This document shows, in pieces, positions 28,365 through 38,265 of a stretch of 64,000 nucleotides of DNA. The DNA is taken from contig JAGCVC010000001.1 of assembly GCA_017962565.1 (NCBI GenBank), positions 9,754 through 73,753 of the forward strand, in the 5' to 3' direction. Source of the stretch: Alphaproteobacteria bacterium. GTDB taxonomy: Bacteria > Pseudomonadota > Alphaproteobacteria > CAAHEQ01 > UBA3637. Below the pieces are notes generated by a model. That model saw nothing but the letters and a program-made list of their open reading frames with translations, searched no databases and had not been told where the DNA came from. The position numbers were made by a program, and so were the translations under genes. Position 1 is the stretch's first letter; each line of letters opens with the position of its first letter.

Positions 28365-31082
28365 TTAATATTCACAAGATCCATTGTTATAGGTACGAAC
28401 ATGCTGGCTTCCAGGATAGTCACATTTGTCGCATTCTTCCTTTGATGTTTCCTTGGCGTTCGCGTTAAAACATCTTGTACAATTACCATTGGCATTTCTG
28501 AACCACCCCAACGGACACGACCAATCGCAATAACCATCCTCACCTATTTCACGGGTACCACATGACAAACATTCTGCATCATTATAAGCCCCTCTTCTGT
28601 AAAGATCTTCACAACTTCTACACTGTTGATCTGAACTCCAATATTTACCGGCTCCACATTTTGGTACATTCGTTCCATCACATGTCGCACCGGATGGACA
28701 ATTTGCACAACTGCTACCATTCCAGTACTGATTACTATTGCAAGATGTTGCCGTTACACGCGTTCCGTCGCATGTTGCACCCTCCGGACAATTTACACAA
28801 GAACTGCCGTTCCAATACTGATTTGTTCCATGACAGCAATTCACGTACAAAGCGTTAGAAGCGCTATTAGTATTAGGAGCATAGGTATGTGAAACATAAC
28901 CGGCCTTACAACTTGCCCCCGTTCCGTCACATGTTGCGTTATTTGGGCAATTCCTGCAAGTATTACTAATCCAATATTGATTACTTTTACAACAAGCCAA
29001 ATTTCCGGTAGAAGTCATATGTGAAGTATAGTCGCCTCCACAATTTCCTTCCGAACCATTACATGTCATACCGTTTGGACAAGAAACACACTTATTACCG
29101 TTCCAATATTCCTTCGTGTTGCTGCAACAATACGAAATACCGGAATAGTTTGTATGTAAAATATAGCCACTTGGACAATTATCTCCTTCACATGTTGTAT
29201 TATTATTCGGACAAGCATTACATTTATTACCACTTACATATCTACCTTCGCCGCAATCTACTATAGTAAAGCCATCACATCTTGCATTGTCAGGACAATT
29301 AGCACAATTAGTCCCATTTTTATATTTACCTTCGCCACAATTTGTTATTTTTCCTGCCTCACATGTCGCACCGCTTGGACAAGCAGCACAACCGTTATCA
29401 TTCCAATATTGATTTGAAGTACAACAATATTTATCGGCTCCGTTTTTCTCAAACAAGAAGGAACCCTCATTACATCTTACATTTTTCCCATCACATGTTC
29501 CACCGTTTGGACAATTCTTACAAACACCTGCGTTATTCAAATACTTACCACTACCACAATCTGCTTTTGTTCCATCACATGTTGCACCGTTAGGACAAGT
29601 TTTACACGAATTAGTTTCATGATCATAGTATAAGAAACCATTACCGCCACAATTTACACCGGTTCCATTGCATACTGCACCGGAAGGACAAATATAACAT
29701 CCCCCTTCTTCTAACAAATACTTACCTTCCCCACAAGTTTCTATACCCGTTTCGTTACATGTTGCATAGGATGGGCAGAAAGAACAAAAGGATCCATTCC
29801 AATACTCATTTGCACTGTTACAACAATACAAATTAGGAACGTTGCCATGTGAAATATAGTTCGCCGCACAACCATTTACATTCACTCCATCGCATATTGC
29901 ACCGGTTGGGCAAGGTTTACAAGCACCTATTTTATTCAAATAATAACCAACGCCACAATTTGCATTCGTTCCGTCACATGTTGCACCGTTCGGACAAAAT
30001 TGACAGACACCCGTCCAATATTGACTTGTATTGCCACAGCAACCTACATTTTGTCCTTCTTTATGAAGAGTGTAACCTTCCGCACAACCCGTTATATTTT
30101 TACCATCGCACACCCCATGAGCGATGCACGATGAGCAATTAAACTTACGTTCATTCCAATATTCTCTTCCTATTTCACAACAATACGCGTTGTTTTGATA
30201 TACCTTAGCTAATAGATACCCTGACGGACAATCCGCACTTGTTCCATTGCACGTCATACCAGTCGGACAAAATTCACATGTTTCGCCATCCCAATATTCG
30301 CTTTGTTCTCTACAGCATCCGTACAGTTCTTCAATATTACCATTGAACACATAACCTTCGTGGCAACTGAATTTTTTTCCGTCACAAACCAAATTACTAC
30401 CCGGGCAATCTGCACAATTACCATTTCTATCTATATATTTACCTTCACCACAGTTTGCGTTTGTTCCATTACATGAAGTAAGACCATCCGGGCAACTTGC
30501 ACAATTGCCATCATTGTCTACATATTTACCTTCCCCACAATTTGCATTCGCACCATCGCATACTGCACCCGCCGGACATGTTGCGCAACTGGATCCATTC
30601 CAATATTCATCTTCTTGGCATCCATAATCTTTAGGCTTGACCCCACCTTTACTGCCGTCAAATGCTATACCTATGTTATTGAATTCTGCACATGATGCCT
30701 TCTGAACCAGTGCCATTTCGCCATTTTCATAGACATCGTAGTAAACTACCTTTCCCCCCTTCATCTTTAACATATGTTCGCAGATTTTTTCCGGAACCTC
30801 TATCGCTTGCACATATGTTATTAACTTACCATGACCTGTTGCACGTATAACTTTAAATACAAACCCGCTTTCCGCCGCTATAGAGTATTCTGTCCAATTT
30901 GGATATTCTGTCTCTGTTGATTCAACCGATCCATATATCAAAGATGCATCCTGAATCGCTCTATTGGCTCTATTCTTATTCATCACATAAGAAAAACCAA
31001 ATAATGCTGCTACACTCAATATACCTATAATTGCCAATACACTCAGTGTTTCCAGCATGCTACGTCCGCGTTCATTTCTCAT
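28365..31082 (-). CDS. Cysteine-rich modular protein (905 aa) with N-terminal prepilin-type signal (RG|RSMLETLSVLAIIGILSVAALFG) and about 18 tandem Cys-rich modules of roughly 35-40 aa (YCC..EYWNG..C..CP.GATCDG.NANCGEGKY)
   Basis: Uninterrupted ORF; RBS GGAGGAAAG 9 nt upstream of ATG 31082; N-terminal 30 residues about 75% identical to those of the 2526-aa protein; regular Cys spacing throughout. Confidence 0.8.
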   Translation of the reverse strand: MRNERGRSMLETLSVLAIIGILSVAALFGFSYVMNKNRANRAIQDASLIYGSVESTETEYPNWTEYSIAAESGFVFKVIRATGHGKLITYVQAIEVPEKICEHMLKMKGGKVVYYDVYENGEMALVQKASCAEFNNIGIAFDGSKGGVKPKDYGCQEDEYWNGSSCATCPAGAVCDGANANCGEGKYVDNDGNCASCPDGLTSCNGTNANCGEGKYIDRNGNCADCPGSNLVCDGKKFSCHEGYVFNGNIEELYGCCREQSEYWDGETCEFCPTGMTCNGTSADCPSGYLLAKVYQNNAYCCEIGREYWNERKFNCSSCIAHGVCDGKNITGCAEGYTLHKEGQNVGCCGNTSQYWTGVCQFCPNGATCDGTNANCGVGYYLNKIGACKPCPTGAICDGVNVNGCAANYISHGNVPNLYCCNSANEYWNGSFCSFCPSYATCNETGIETCGEGKYLLEEGGCYICPSGAVCNGTGVNCGGNGFLYYDHETNSCKTCPNGATCDGTKADCGSGKYLNNAGVCKNCPNGGTCDGKNVRCNEGSFLFEKNGADKYCCTSNQYWNDNGCAACPSGATCEAGKITNCGEGKYKNGTNCANCPDNARCDGFTIVDCGEGRYVSGNKCNACPNNNTTCEGDNCPSGYILHTNYSGISYCCSNTKEYWNGNKCVSCPNGMTCNGSEGNCGGDYTSHMTSTGNLACCKSNQYWISNTCRNCPNNATCDGTGASCKAGYVSHTYAPNTNSASNALYVNCCHGTNQYWNGSSCVNCPEGATCDGTRVTATSCNSNQYWNGSSCANCPSGATCDGTNVPKCGAGKYWSSDQQCRSCEDLYRRGAYNDAECLSCGTREIGEDGYCDWSCPLGWFRNANGNCTRCFNANAKETSKEECDKCDYPGSQHVRTYNNGSCEY

Positions 31083-31290
31083 ATGACTTTCCTCCTCTGA
31101 TAGGAACTATTTTCTCAATTTTAACTTTTACCTTCTAATTATCTGATTTGTCAAGTACTTTTTATATTTTTTTTACATCATACTAAATTCGTTTTAGCAT
31201 TCTGCTGTGAAAAGACTCTGAAATTCAAAATAACACCATGCACACCAGACCATAAAAACGGAATCTTATGGCCTTTTCCGCACAAAAAAG

Positions 31291-34200
31291 TTAAATTTGT
31301 TTGATTTGACGTATACCCGGAATTGAACACAAAGCACCGATTGTATCGGATGATAGAGCATACCCGTTTGGCAATTTGATTTCCACTTGGTAATCATTGG
31401 CCTGAACAACAATAATTGCCGTTCCGCGTCCTTTTTTGTCTGCATCTAAAACTTGTTTTACTCTTGGTAAACAAGAAGCACTTTCCACATAAATCATAGC
31501 CGTTTCGGACATACTAGCCACAACATCGGCCAAATATTCAACATTTTGGACTGTTGCACGTACAGCACCTTCTTCGTTTAAATCAGCGGCCAACGACACA
31601 ATCAATGGCTTGTTTGATTCCAATTTTTCACGACTTTGATTCAACATTTCGGAAAAGCACAGAGCTTCAAAAGTTCCAACAGTATCCGAACCAACAATAA
31701 AAGCAAATTTCTTACCGCTTTTTTGACTGATTCTTTCGCGTTTTTCATTGATAATACAAGCAATTCGCAAACGTGCTGAACCGGCGCTTTTCACTAAAGG
31801 TTCAATTTCATTTGTAAAGTTAACACGCAAACGTTCAAAGTTATCTGCATAAGCATCCAACGGGTGCGCAGATAAATAAAAACCGACAGCTTCACGTTCC
31901 AAATCCAATTTTTGCATTGCCGGATAATCGGGAATTTCCTGCATGCGCAATTCTTCAAAAGATGCTTCCCCGCCAAAAAGTGAAGCTTGCGAACTTTCTC
32001 TTGATTTTTGTAAACTGGCTGCATGCTGTCCCATTTTTTCGACATTTGCCAATAATTTTGCCCTGTTTTTATCCAAACAATCCAATGCACCGGATTTAAT
32101 CAAACTTTCCAAACAACGTTTGTTCATAACGGCCGGACTTGAACGCGCAATAAAATCTTGAATAGACTTATACGGTCCGTTCTTTTCACGTTCTGCGACC
32201 AATTCTTCCACAGCACCGTCACCCACATTTTTAAGCGCAGATGCAGCATAGCGAATAGCACCGTCTTCCACCGTAAAATTAACACAAGATTTATTAACAT
32301 CCGGGGGCAAAATTTTAATCCCCATTTGCGAAATTTCACGTTTAAAGAAACCCAATTTATCCGTATCGATTTTATCCAAAGTCATTGTAGCGGCCATAAA
32401 TTCAACCGGGTAATGCGCTTTTAAATAAGCTGTTTGGTAAGAAACAAAGGCATACGCCGCTGCGTGTGACTTATTAAAGCCGTAGCTGGCGAATTTTTCC
32501 ATTAATTCGAAAATTTCAATAGCTTTTTCTTCTGCAACACCCTTCTTTTTAGCGCCTTCAATAAAGACTGCTTTTTGTTGTTGCATCACATCAAATTTCT
32601 TTTTACCCATAGCACGGCGCAACAAATCTGCTCCGCCCAAACTGAAACCGGCTAATACTTGAGCAATTTGCATAACCTGCTCTTGATAAATCATAATACC
32701 GTAAGTTTCTTTTAAAATACCTTCCAACAAAGGATGTAAATAATCGGGTTGTTCTTGTCCGTGCTTACGTGCAATATAGGATGGAATATTTCCCATCGGA
32801 CCCGGACGATACAAAGCCACAATAGCAACAATATCTTCGATCTTATCGGGCTTCATATCTTTTAAAATTTTGCGCATACCGGCACTTTCTAACTGGAACA
32901 CCCCGGAAGTATCCGCATCACCCAACAATTTAAATGTATCAGGATCATCCAAAGGAATAGCACTTAAATCAAATTCAATTCCTCGAAGCTTCAATAATTC
33001 CATCGTCTTTGCCAACGTGGTTAAAGTCTTTAATCCCAAAAAGTCAAACTTGATCAACCCCGTTGACTCAACATATTTCATGTTGTATTGAGTTACCGGC
33101 ATATCTGATGACGGATCTTTATAAATCGGCAAAATTTCATTTAAAGGAAAACGTCCGATAACAACACCGGCTGCGTGTGTAGAAGTATTACGGTATAAGC
33201 CTTCCAATTGCAAAGCAATTTCGAGCAAATGTTTAATTTGCGGCTCATTTTTTGCTTCTACTTCAAAAGCCGGTTCAATATCCAATGCTTCTTGCAAAGA
33301 ATACGGCTTGCCTTTTTCATTCATACCGTTTGGTACTAATTTTGAAAGCCTATCCACAACCGGATAAGGAATTTGCAACACGCGCCCGACATCTCGAATA
33401 ACCGCTTTAGGTTGCAACTGACCAAAAGTAATGATTTGCGCCACATGATCAAAGCCATAATGATCTTGCACATATTTGATACTTTGTTCACGCTTTTCCT
33501 GGCAAAAATCCACGTCAAAATCCGGCATGTTCACACGTTCCGGATTTAAAAAACGTTCAAACAACAAATTAAAACGCAAAGGATCAATATCGGTAATTGT
33601 TAAAGCCCATGCCACCACAGAACCGGCACCCGAACCACGACCCGGACCGACCGGAATATTATGTGCTTTTGACCATTGAATAAAATCCGCAACAATTAAA
33701 AAATAACCGGGAAAGCCCATCTGCTTAATTACGCTCAATTCATACTGTAAGCGCTGATTATATTTTTCAAACTCATCAGAGCGATTTTTCATACGCGCGG
33801 CCAAACCGGTTTCTGCTTTTTCACGCAAGACTTCATCTTCCGTTTTACCATGACAATCATAGCGCGGAAATTCGGGCTTATGAAACTCCACCATAAAACC
33901 GCAACGTTTAGCTATTTGAACCGTATTTTCCAAAGCTTCCGGTAAATCGGAAAATAATTCAGCCATCTCTTCCGGGCTTTTTAAATAATGCCCCGGCGAT
34001 AATCGTACTCTGTCTGTTACATCAACATATGTTTTTTGACCTATACACATCAAAGCATCATGCGCTTCATACATTTCCGGTTTATCATAAAAAGCTTCGT
34101 TTGTTGCAACCAAAGGAATATCCAAATCAAATGCCAATTTTAAAAATTCATCTTCTGTTTTAGCTTCGTCCGGTTCACCGGTTCTGGAAATTTCCATATA

Positions 34201-34728
34201 AAAGCGATTGCCAAAAGCTTTTTTTAAAAATACCGTTAATTCTTTGGCTTTTTCTGGTTTTCCCTGTAAAATATAACGTCCGATCGGACCTGTTGCACCA
34301 CCGGAAAGCAGTATCAAGCCTTCATTAAATTCTTTTAATTCTTCTAATAACAAATGCGGCGTTGTTTGTTTTGTCGGTCCCATATAATAGCGGTCAAAAA
34401 TTTTGAGTAAATTCTTATAACCAGCTTCATTTTGTACCAACAAAATAATTTTATCTAAAATGGGATTGATTTGGTCTTCCGGTAAAATAAGTTTACCTTT
34501 TTCCGTTTCTTGTTTCAATAACAGCTGTGTTCCCAAAATCGGTTGAATACCGTTATCGGCAGCCTCGTGCGAAAAATCCATACCGCAACAAAGATTTCCG
34601 CTGTCCGTCACAGCAACGGCAGGCATATTTAATTCTTTGACACGTTTTACCAACTTGCCCATTTTCATTGCTCCTTCAAGCAATGAATAAGCAGAATGTG
34701 TTCTTAAATGGATAAAAGTCGGTGTCAT
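31291..34728 (-). CDS. dnaE: DNA polymerase III alpha subunit
   Basis: 1145 aa; PHP domain N-terminus (IHLRTHSAYSLLEGA), polymerase core and OB-fold; length and motifs canonical. Confidence 0.95.
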   Translation of the reverse strand: MTPTFIHLRTHSAYSLLEGAMKMGKLVKRVKELNMPAVAVTDSGNLCCGMDFSHEAADNGIQPILGTQLLLKQETEKGKLILPEDQINPILDKIILLVQNEAGYKNLLKIFDRYYMGPTKQTTPHLLLEELKEFNEGLILLSGGATGPIGRYILQGKPEKAKELTVFLKKAFGNRFYMEISRTGEPDEAKTEDEFLKLAFDLDIPLVATNEAFYDKPEMYEAHDALMCIGQKTYVDVTDRVRLSPGHYLKSPEEMAELFSDLPEALENTVQIAKRCGFMVEFHKPEFPRYDCHGKTEDEVLREKAETGLAARMKNRSDEFEKYNQRLQYELSVIKQMGFPGYFLIVADFIQWSKAHNIPVGPGRGSGAGSVVAWALTITDIDPLRFNLLFERFLNPERVNMPDFDVDFCQEKREQSIKYVQDHYGFDHVAQIITFGQLQPKAVIRDVGRVLQIPYPVVDRLSKLVPNGMNEKGKPYSLQEALDIEPAFEVEAKNEPQIKHLLEIALQLEGLYRNTSTHAAGVVIGRFPLNEILPIYKDPSSDMPVTQYNMKYVESTGLIKFDFLGLKTLTTLAKTMELLKLRGIEFDLSAIPLDDPDTFKLLGDADTSGVFQLESAGMRKILKDMKPDKIEDIVAIVALYRPGPMGNIPSYIARKHGQEQPDYLHPLLEGILKETYGIMIYQEQVMQIAQVLAGFSLGGADLLRRAMGKKKFDVMQQQKAVFIEGAKKKGVAEEKAIEIFELMEKFASYGFNKSHAAAYAFVSYQTAYLKAHYPVEFMAATMTLDKIDTDKLGFFKREISQMGIKILPPDVNKSCVNFTVEDGAIRYAASALKNVGDGAVEELVAEREKNGPYKSIQDFIARSSPAVMNKRCLESLIKSGALDCLDKNRAKLLANVEKMGQHAASLQKSRESSQASLFGGEASFEELRMQEIPDYPAMQKLDLEREAVGFYLSAHPLDAYADNFERLRVNFTNEIEPLVKSAGSARLRIACIINEKRERISQKSGKKFAFIVGSDTVGTFEALCFSEMLNQSREKLESNKPLIVSLAADLNEEGAVRATVQNVEYLADVVASMSETAMIYVESASCLPRVKQVLDADKKGRGTAIIVVQANDYQVEIKLPNGYALSSDTIGALCSIPGIRQIKQI

Positions 34729-34796
34729 ATACTCTAATTCCTTTGTTACGAGGAGTCATAGCATATTTTTTTCAAAAAATCAACGGATTTTAAATA

Positions 34797-35168
34797 TCAT
34801 TTTGTTTCTGTTACATGCGTTTCCGGTTGATACGTAGATTTCAGATAATTGGCAATTTCTTTTTTATAAACTTGTATCAAAATTGCCAAAACAAAAACAC
34901 TAAAAAGTAGAAAGAATATAAAGCCCGAAAAAAGTCCTGCTTTTGGATGGGGCAAAAGCATAAAAATTAAAACAGCTAAAACAATTATAAAGAATGCTCC
35001 TATTGTCAATATAGACAATATAAATTTGTTCACATCCTCCCCTTTTGCAGCCGCCTTTTGAAGTTCTAAGTATATTGCGTTTGCGATCTCAATTATGTTG
35101 TTATGAAAACAAACGAACACCAATGCCAAAAGTAATAAAATAATACAAAAAAACACTCTTTTTTTCAT
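34797..35168 (-). CDS. Hypothetical small membrane protein (123 aa, 3 TM)
   Basis: ORF; ATGA start/stop overlap with upstream 195-aa gene. Confidence 0.5.
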   Translation of the reverse strand: MKKRVFFCIILLLLALVFVCFHNNIIEIANAIYLELQKAAAKGEDVNKFILSILTIGAFFIIVLAVLIFMLLPHPKAGLFSGFIFFLLFSVFVLAILIQVYKKEIANYLKSTYQPETHVTETK

Positions 35169-35752
35169 TTTTCTTCCACTAAAGCTCCGTTTTCCAAATG
35201 AGTATGCCCGTCTGTCTTGGCTGCTAACTGCGGATCGGGTTTTGTAATTAAATCAGCTAATTCTTTTTCGATCATTGTATTTAGCAACAAACACTTACCT
35301 TCTTTGAAACTTCTGTTTTGACATTGCTTACACAATTCTTCGTTAACATTAACCGCCTTTAATTCTTTACACAAAACTTTTTCTTGTCCGTTTTCAATAA
35401 CAACTGCATTGGGTAAATGAGTAAAGTAATAATATATTCCAAATATAAAAACAGGCATCAAAATTGCATTTACTTTTCTTACCCATCCGCCCTTTAAAAA
35501 GGCTAAAATTAAATTAAGCAAAATGAAAAAAGAAAAAATAGAAATAACGATAACACCATTCGAGGCATCTTTGGAAAATCCTAAATACATTAATTGGAAA
35601 TATTCAGATGCAAAATCCATTGTCTCCAAATGAAAAACATAAAAAAATGTTAAAAGAAAAATCCCTTGAATAAGACTAAGCCATACAGTCCATGGATTAT
35701 CCCGCAGTCTTTCATCTTTTTCTTTTAAAGAGGCCTCATAAAAACTTTTCAT
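35165..35752 (-). CDS. Hypothetical membrane protein (195 aa) whose last about 20 codons are a duplicate of the lolD 3' end
   Basis: ORF with ATGA overlap to lolD stop; C-terminus ...DPQLAAKTDGHTHLENGALVEEK parallels LolD ...NPQLAAKMDRRIHLENGILVEEK and the DNA is about 85% identical over about 70 bp. Confidence 0.55.
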   Translation of the reverse strand: MKSFYEASLKEKDERLRDNPWTVWLSLIQGIFLLTFFYVFHLETMDFASEYFQLMYLGFSKDASNGVIVISIFSFFILLNLILAFLKGGWVRKVNAILMPVFIFGIYYYFTHLPNAVVIENGQEKVLCKELKAVNVNEELCKQCQNRSFKEGKCLLLNTMIEKELADLITKPDPQLAAKTDGHTHLENGALVEEK

Positions 35753-36438
35753 TTCTCCTCCACCAAAATACCGTTTTCCAAATGAATACGCCTGTCCATT
35801 TTAGCGGCCAACTGCGGATTATGTGTTGCAATTAATGCAGACAACCCAGTTTGACGTACTGTGCTCAATAACTCGTTAAAAACCTTTTCACTGGTCTTTG
35901 GATCTAAATTACCGGTCGGCTCATCCGCCAACAATAAAGTCGGTTTATTTGCCAAAGCACGAGCAATCGCCGCACGTTGTTGCTCACCGCCGGACATTTC
36001 TCCCGGACGGTGTTTCAACCTGTGTTTTAATCCCATTGTTTCCAACAATTCTGTTGCACGCTCTGCCGCTTCTTTTTTATCGACACCACCGATTAAAAGT
36101 GGCATCATCACATTTTCCAAACACGTAAAATCCGGCAATAACAAATGCGACTGATACACAAAGCCCAAGTATTTGCGGCGCATCATCGTGCGTTCTTTTT
36201 CTTTCATTTTAGCACAAGGTTGACCGGCCAAGAAAATTTCACCCGCGCTGGGTGTATCCAACAAACCTGTTTGGTAAAGCAAAGTTGATTTACCGCTACC
36301 GCTGGGACCTGTTAAAGCAACAATTTCACCTTTGGCAATTTTTAAATTAACACCGTTTAAAACGTTCAGTCGTTTATCACCATCACCAAACCAACGTTTA
36401 ATATTTTTCAATTCCAAAATCGTATCAGTCATGTTCAT
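35749..36438 (-). CDS. lolD: Lipoprotein-releasing system ATP-binding protein LolD
   Basis: 229 aa ABC ATPase; Walker A GPSGSGKST, signature LSGGEQQR, Walker B LLLADEPT, LolD-type length. Confidence 0.85.
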   Translation of the reverse strand: MNMTDTILELKNIKRWFGDGDKRLNVLNGVNLKIAKGEIVALTGPSGSGKSTLLYQTGLLDTPSAGEIFLAGQPCAKMKEKERTMMRRKYLGFVYQSHLLLPDFTCLENVMMPLLIGGVDKKEAAERATELLETMGLKHRLKHRPGEMSGGEQQRAAIARALANKPTLLLADEPTGNLDPKTSEKVFNELLSTVRQTGLSALIATHNPQLAAKMDRRIHLENGILVEEK

Positions 36439-37031
36439 TTTCCAGAAAAAAGAATTATAAGAACCATTATTATAATAAATAAAATTTGTATTTTAAAATT
36501 TAACATATCGGTCGTGTCTGCTCTTTTGCCTTTCATTTTGCCCAAATAGAACCTTAAACGAAGTAACATCATATTCAATACAACCAACACACAAATATAA
36601 GCAGACCATTTAATTGACAAAATAGGAATGCTGAAACCCACAGGAAGCACTGCACTTTTCCATAGTTTTTCTTTCTTTTTCTTGCCAAAAAAACACCATG
36701 ATAATTGTACACTTATTACAGATAAAAAAGCAAAGCCCCAATTTCTTAAGGTATTATCGATATATCCTATTGCAAAAGGTATGGAAGAAAAGAAAATTCC
36801 CACCAACCATATAAAAGCAATAACCTTTTTCAAAAAAGAAACCAAAAAATTATTTCCTTCTATTAACTCTTGTTTGGTGAGTTCTTCGGAATCATTATCA
36901 ACATCATCTGCATTCATAGATTGCGCCACAAAACTTTCCCCACCCATTTGAAAGAAAGGATTGAGTTGTTTTCTTTTGGATGATTTTTTCAATTTTATCT
37001 TACCCATACCATTCCCTTTTTTAATCATCAC
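36435..37031 (-). CDS. Hypothetical membrane protein (198 aa) inserted between lol permease and ATPase genes
   Basis: ORF with 4-nt overlap to lolD start; several TM segments; exact start uncertain (internal Met at residues 2 and 9). Confidence 0.5.
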   Translation of the reverse strand: MMIKKGNGMGKIKLKKSSKRKQLNPFFQMGGESFVAQSMNADDVDNDSEELTKQELIEGNNFLVSFLKKVIAFIWLVGIFFSSIPFAIGYIDNTLRNWGFAFLSVISVQLSWCFFGKKKKEKLWKSAVLPVGFSIPILSIKWSAYICVLVVLNMMLLRLRFYLGKMKGKRADTTDMLNFKIQILFIIIMVLIILFSGK

Positions 37032-38250
37032 AAGTTCTGTCTATACCGCCATTGGCAAAATTAATAAAAGCAGAACCCGTCAATTCTCTTTTTTCTCCTT
37101 TATCCGTATAGCAAAAACTTTTTATCATTTTTCCGTCTTTGAATTCACTTTCCATCGACAAAGAACCGTTTTCATTATATAATCGTTCATAACCGTTCTC
37201 TTTATCGTCTTTAAATTGAGTTTCTTGTATAATTTGACCATTATCTAAATATATTCGGAAAAATCCTTCTCTTTTCCCGTTAACAAAATCTGTTTCTTGT
37301 CTGACACCAAAACGAACGGCTGTTTTTCCATCTGCATGCGGATAATATATTTGTTTTCCTTCTTGTTTTCCGTCTTTGTAATAGAAAGTCGAAACAATCT
37401 CTCCGTTTTTGTTAAATGTCTTTGCCGGACCATTTGCAACACCATTTACACGTTCAAACGTTTCGAACAAACTTCCGTCCGGCGAGTAAACTTCAACTGT
37501 TCCATGCTCTATTCCATTCACATACGGTATCTTCCACAATTTATCTTGTTTTTCCACTTCGGCAACACTATTACGGAAAACACAATAACCGTTTTTCATC
37601 TCTCTGTTACTACAACGTGCGCAATCTTCTTCGGAATAACGAAAATCTTTATCGGAACAACTTTCGCATCTGCCAGAATAGGTATTTTTCAAAGGATATT
37701 TTTCATTCAAACACTTTTTAGGAACGCAATGATCATTGAAAAATTCTGCGTTTGAACACTTTAAACATTCGCTTTCTGAAACACTCCACGCAACGTACGT
37801 TTCCGGACAAGACACACAGTAACCATCTTTGTCCCTTATTTCACCTTCTTTACACTTGTAGCGACATTTCCCGTCCAACCAAACACGATTGTCAAGTGAC
37901 TCACAGTCTTTTTGATTTGTTGTATTTACGGAAGGCCCCCTTTTAGTCTCCCAATGTTTGACTTGCTGCGTGCGTACAAAGAAAATAGAAGAAAAAAGCA
38001 CACCCGTTAAAAGAATGTTAGATAAAAGAAATATCCCTAAAAACTTCCATTTACGTGCAAGGACAGAAAAAAGAATAAAGAAAAACAAATACATTCCCAA
38101 AAAAACAAAAAAAGTAATGGGAGTTTCCACTATAAGATAGTATCGTGTTTCTGTCGGAAGAAGAAATACAATACATAAATATATTCCCAACAATGAAACA
38201 CATACCAATAAAGATAAAAATAAAGATTTTAATACTGTTAATTTTTTCAT
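37021..38250 (-). CDS. Membrane-anchored protein (409 aa): 3 N-terminal TM helices, Cys-rich linker, C-terminal MORN/YwqK-like repeats (G..EG....Y..NG....E..FKDGK)
   Basis: Complete ORF overlapping downstream gene by 11 nt; repeated YxxxGxxxG/FKDGK motifs characteristic of MORN-repeat proteins. Confidence 0.6.
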   Translation of the reverse strand: MKKLTVLKSLFLSLLVCVSLLGIYLCIVFLLPTETRYYLIVETPITFFVFLGMYLFFFILFSVLARKWKFLGIFLLSNILLTGVLFSSIFFVRTQQVKHWETKRGPSVNTTNQKDCESLDNRVWLDGKCRYKCKEGEIRDKDGYCVSCPETYVAWSVSESECLKCSNAEFFNDHCVPKKCLNEKYPLKNTYSGRCESCSDKDFRYSEEDCARCSNREMKNGYCVFRNSVAEVEKQDKLWKIPYVNGIEHGTVEVYSPDGSLFETFERVNGVANGPAKTFNKNGEIVSTFYYKDGKQEGKQIYYPHADGKTAVRFGVRQETDFVNGKREGFFRIYLDNGQIIQETQFKDDKENGYERLYNENGSLSMESEFKDGKMIKSFCYTDKGEKRELTGSAFINFANGGIDRTCDD

Positions 38251-38265
38251 ATATTCTATCCTTTT

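Noticed and set aside
31149-31154. TTGACA hexamer upstream (minus strand) of the 905-aa gene as its promoter -35
   Set aside because: The best -10 candidate (TAAAAG) is 18 nt away and a poor match; not reported as a feature.
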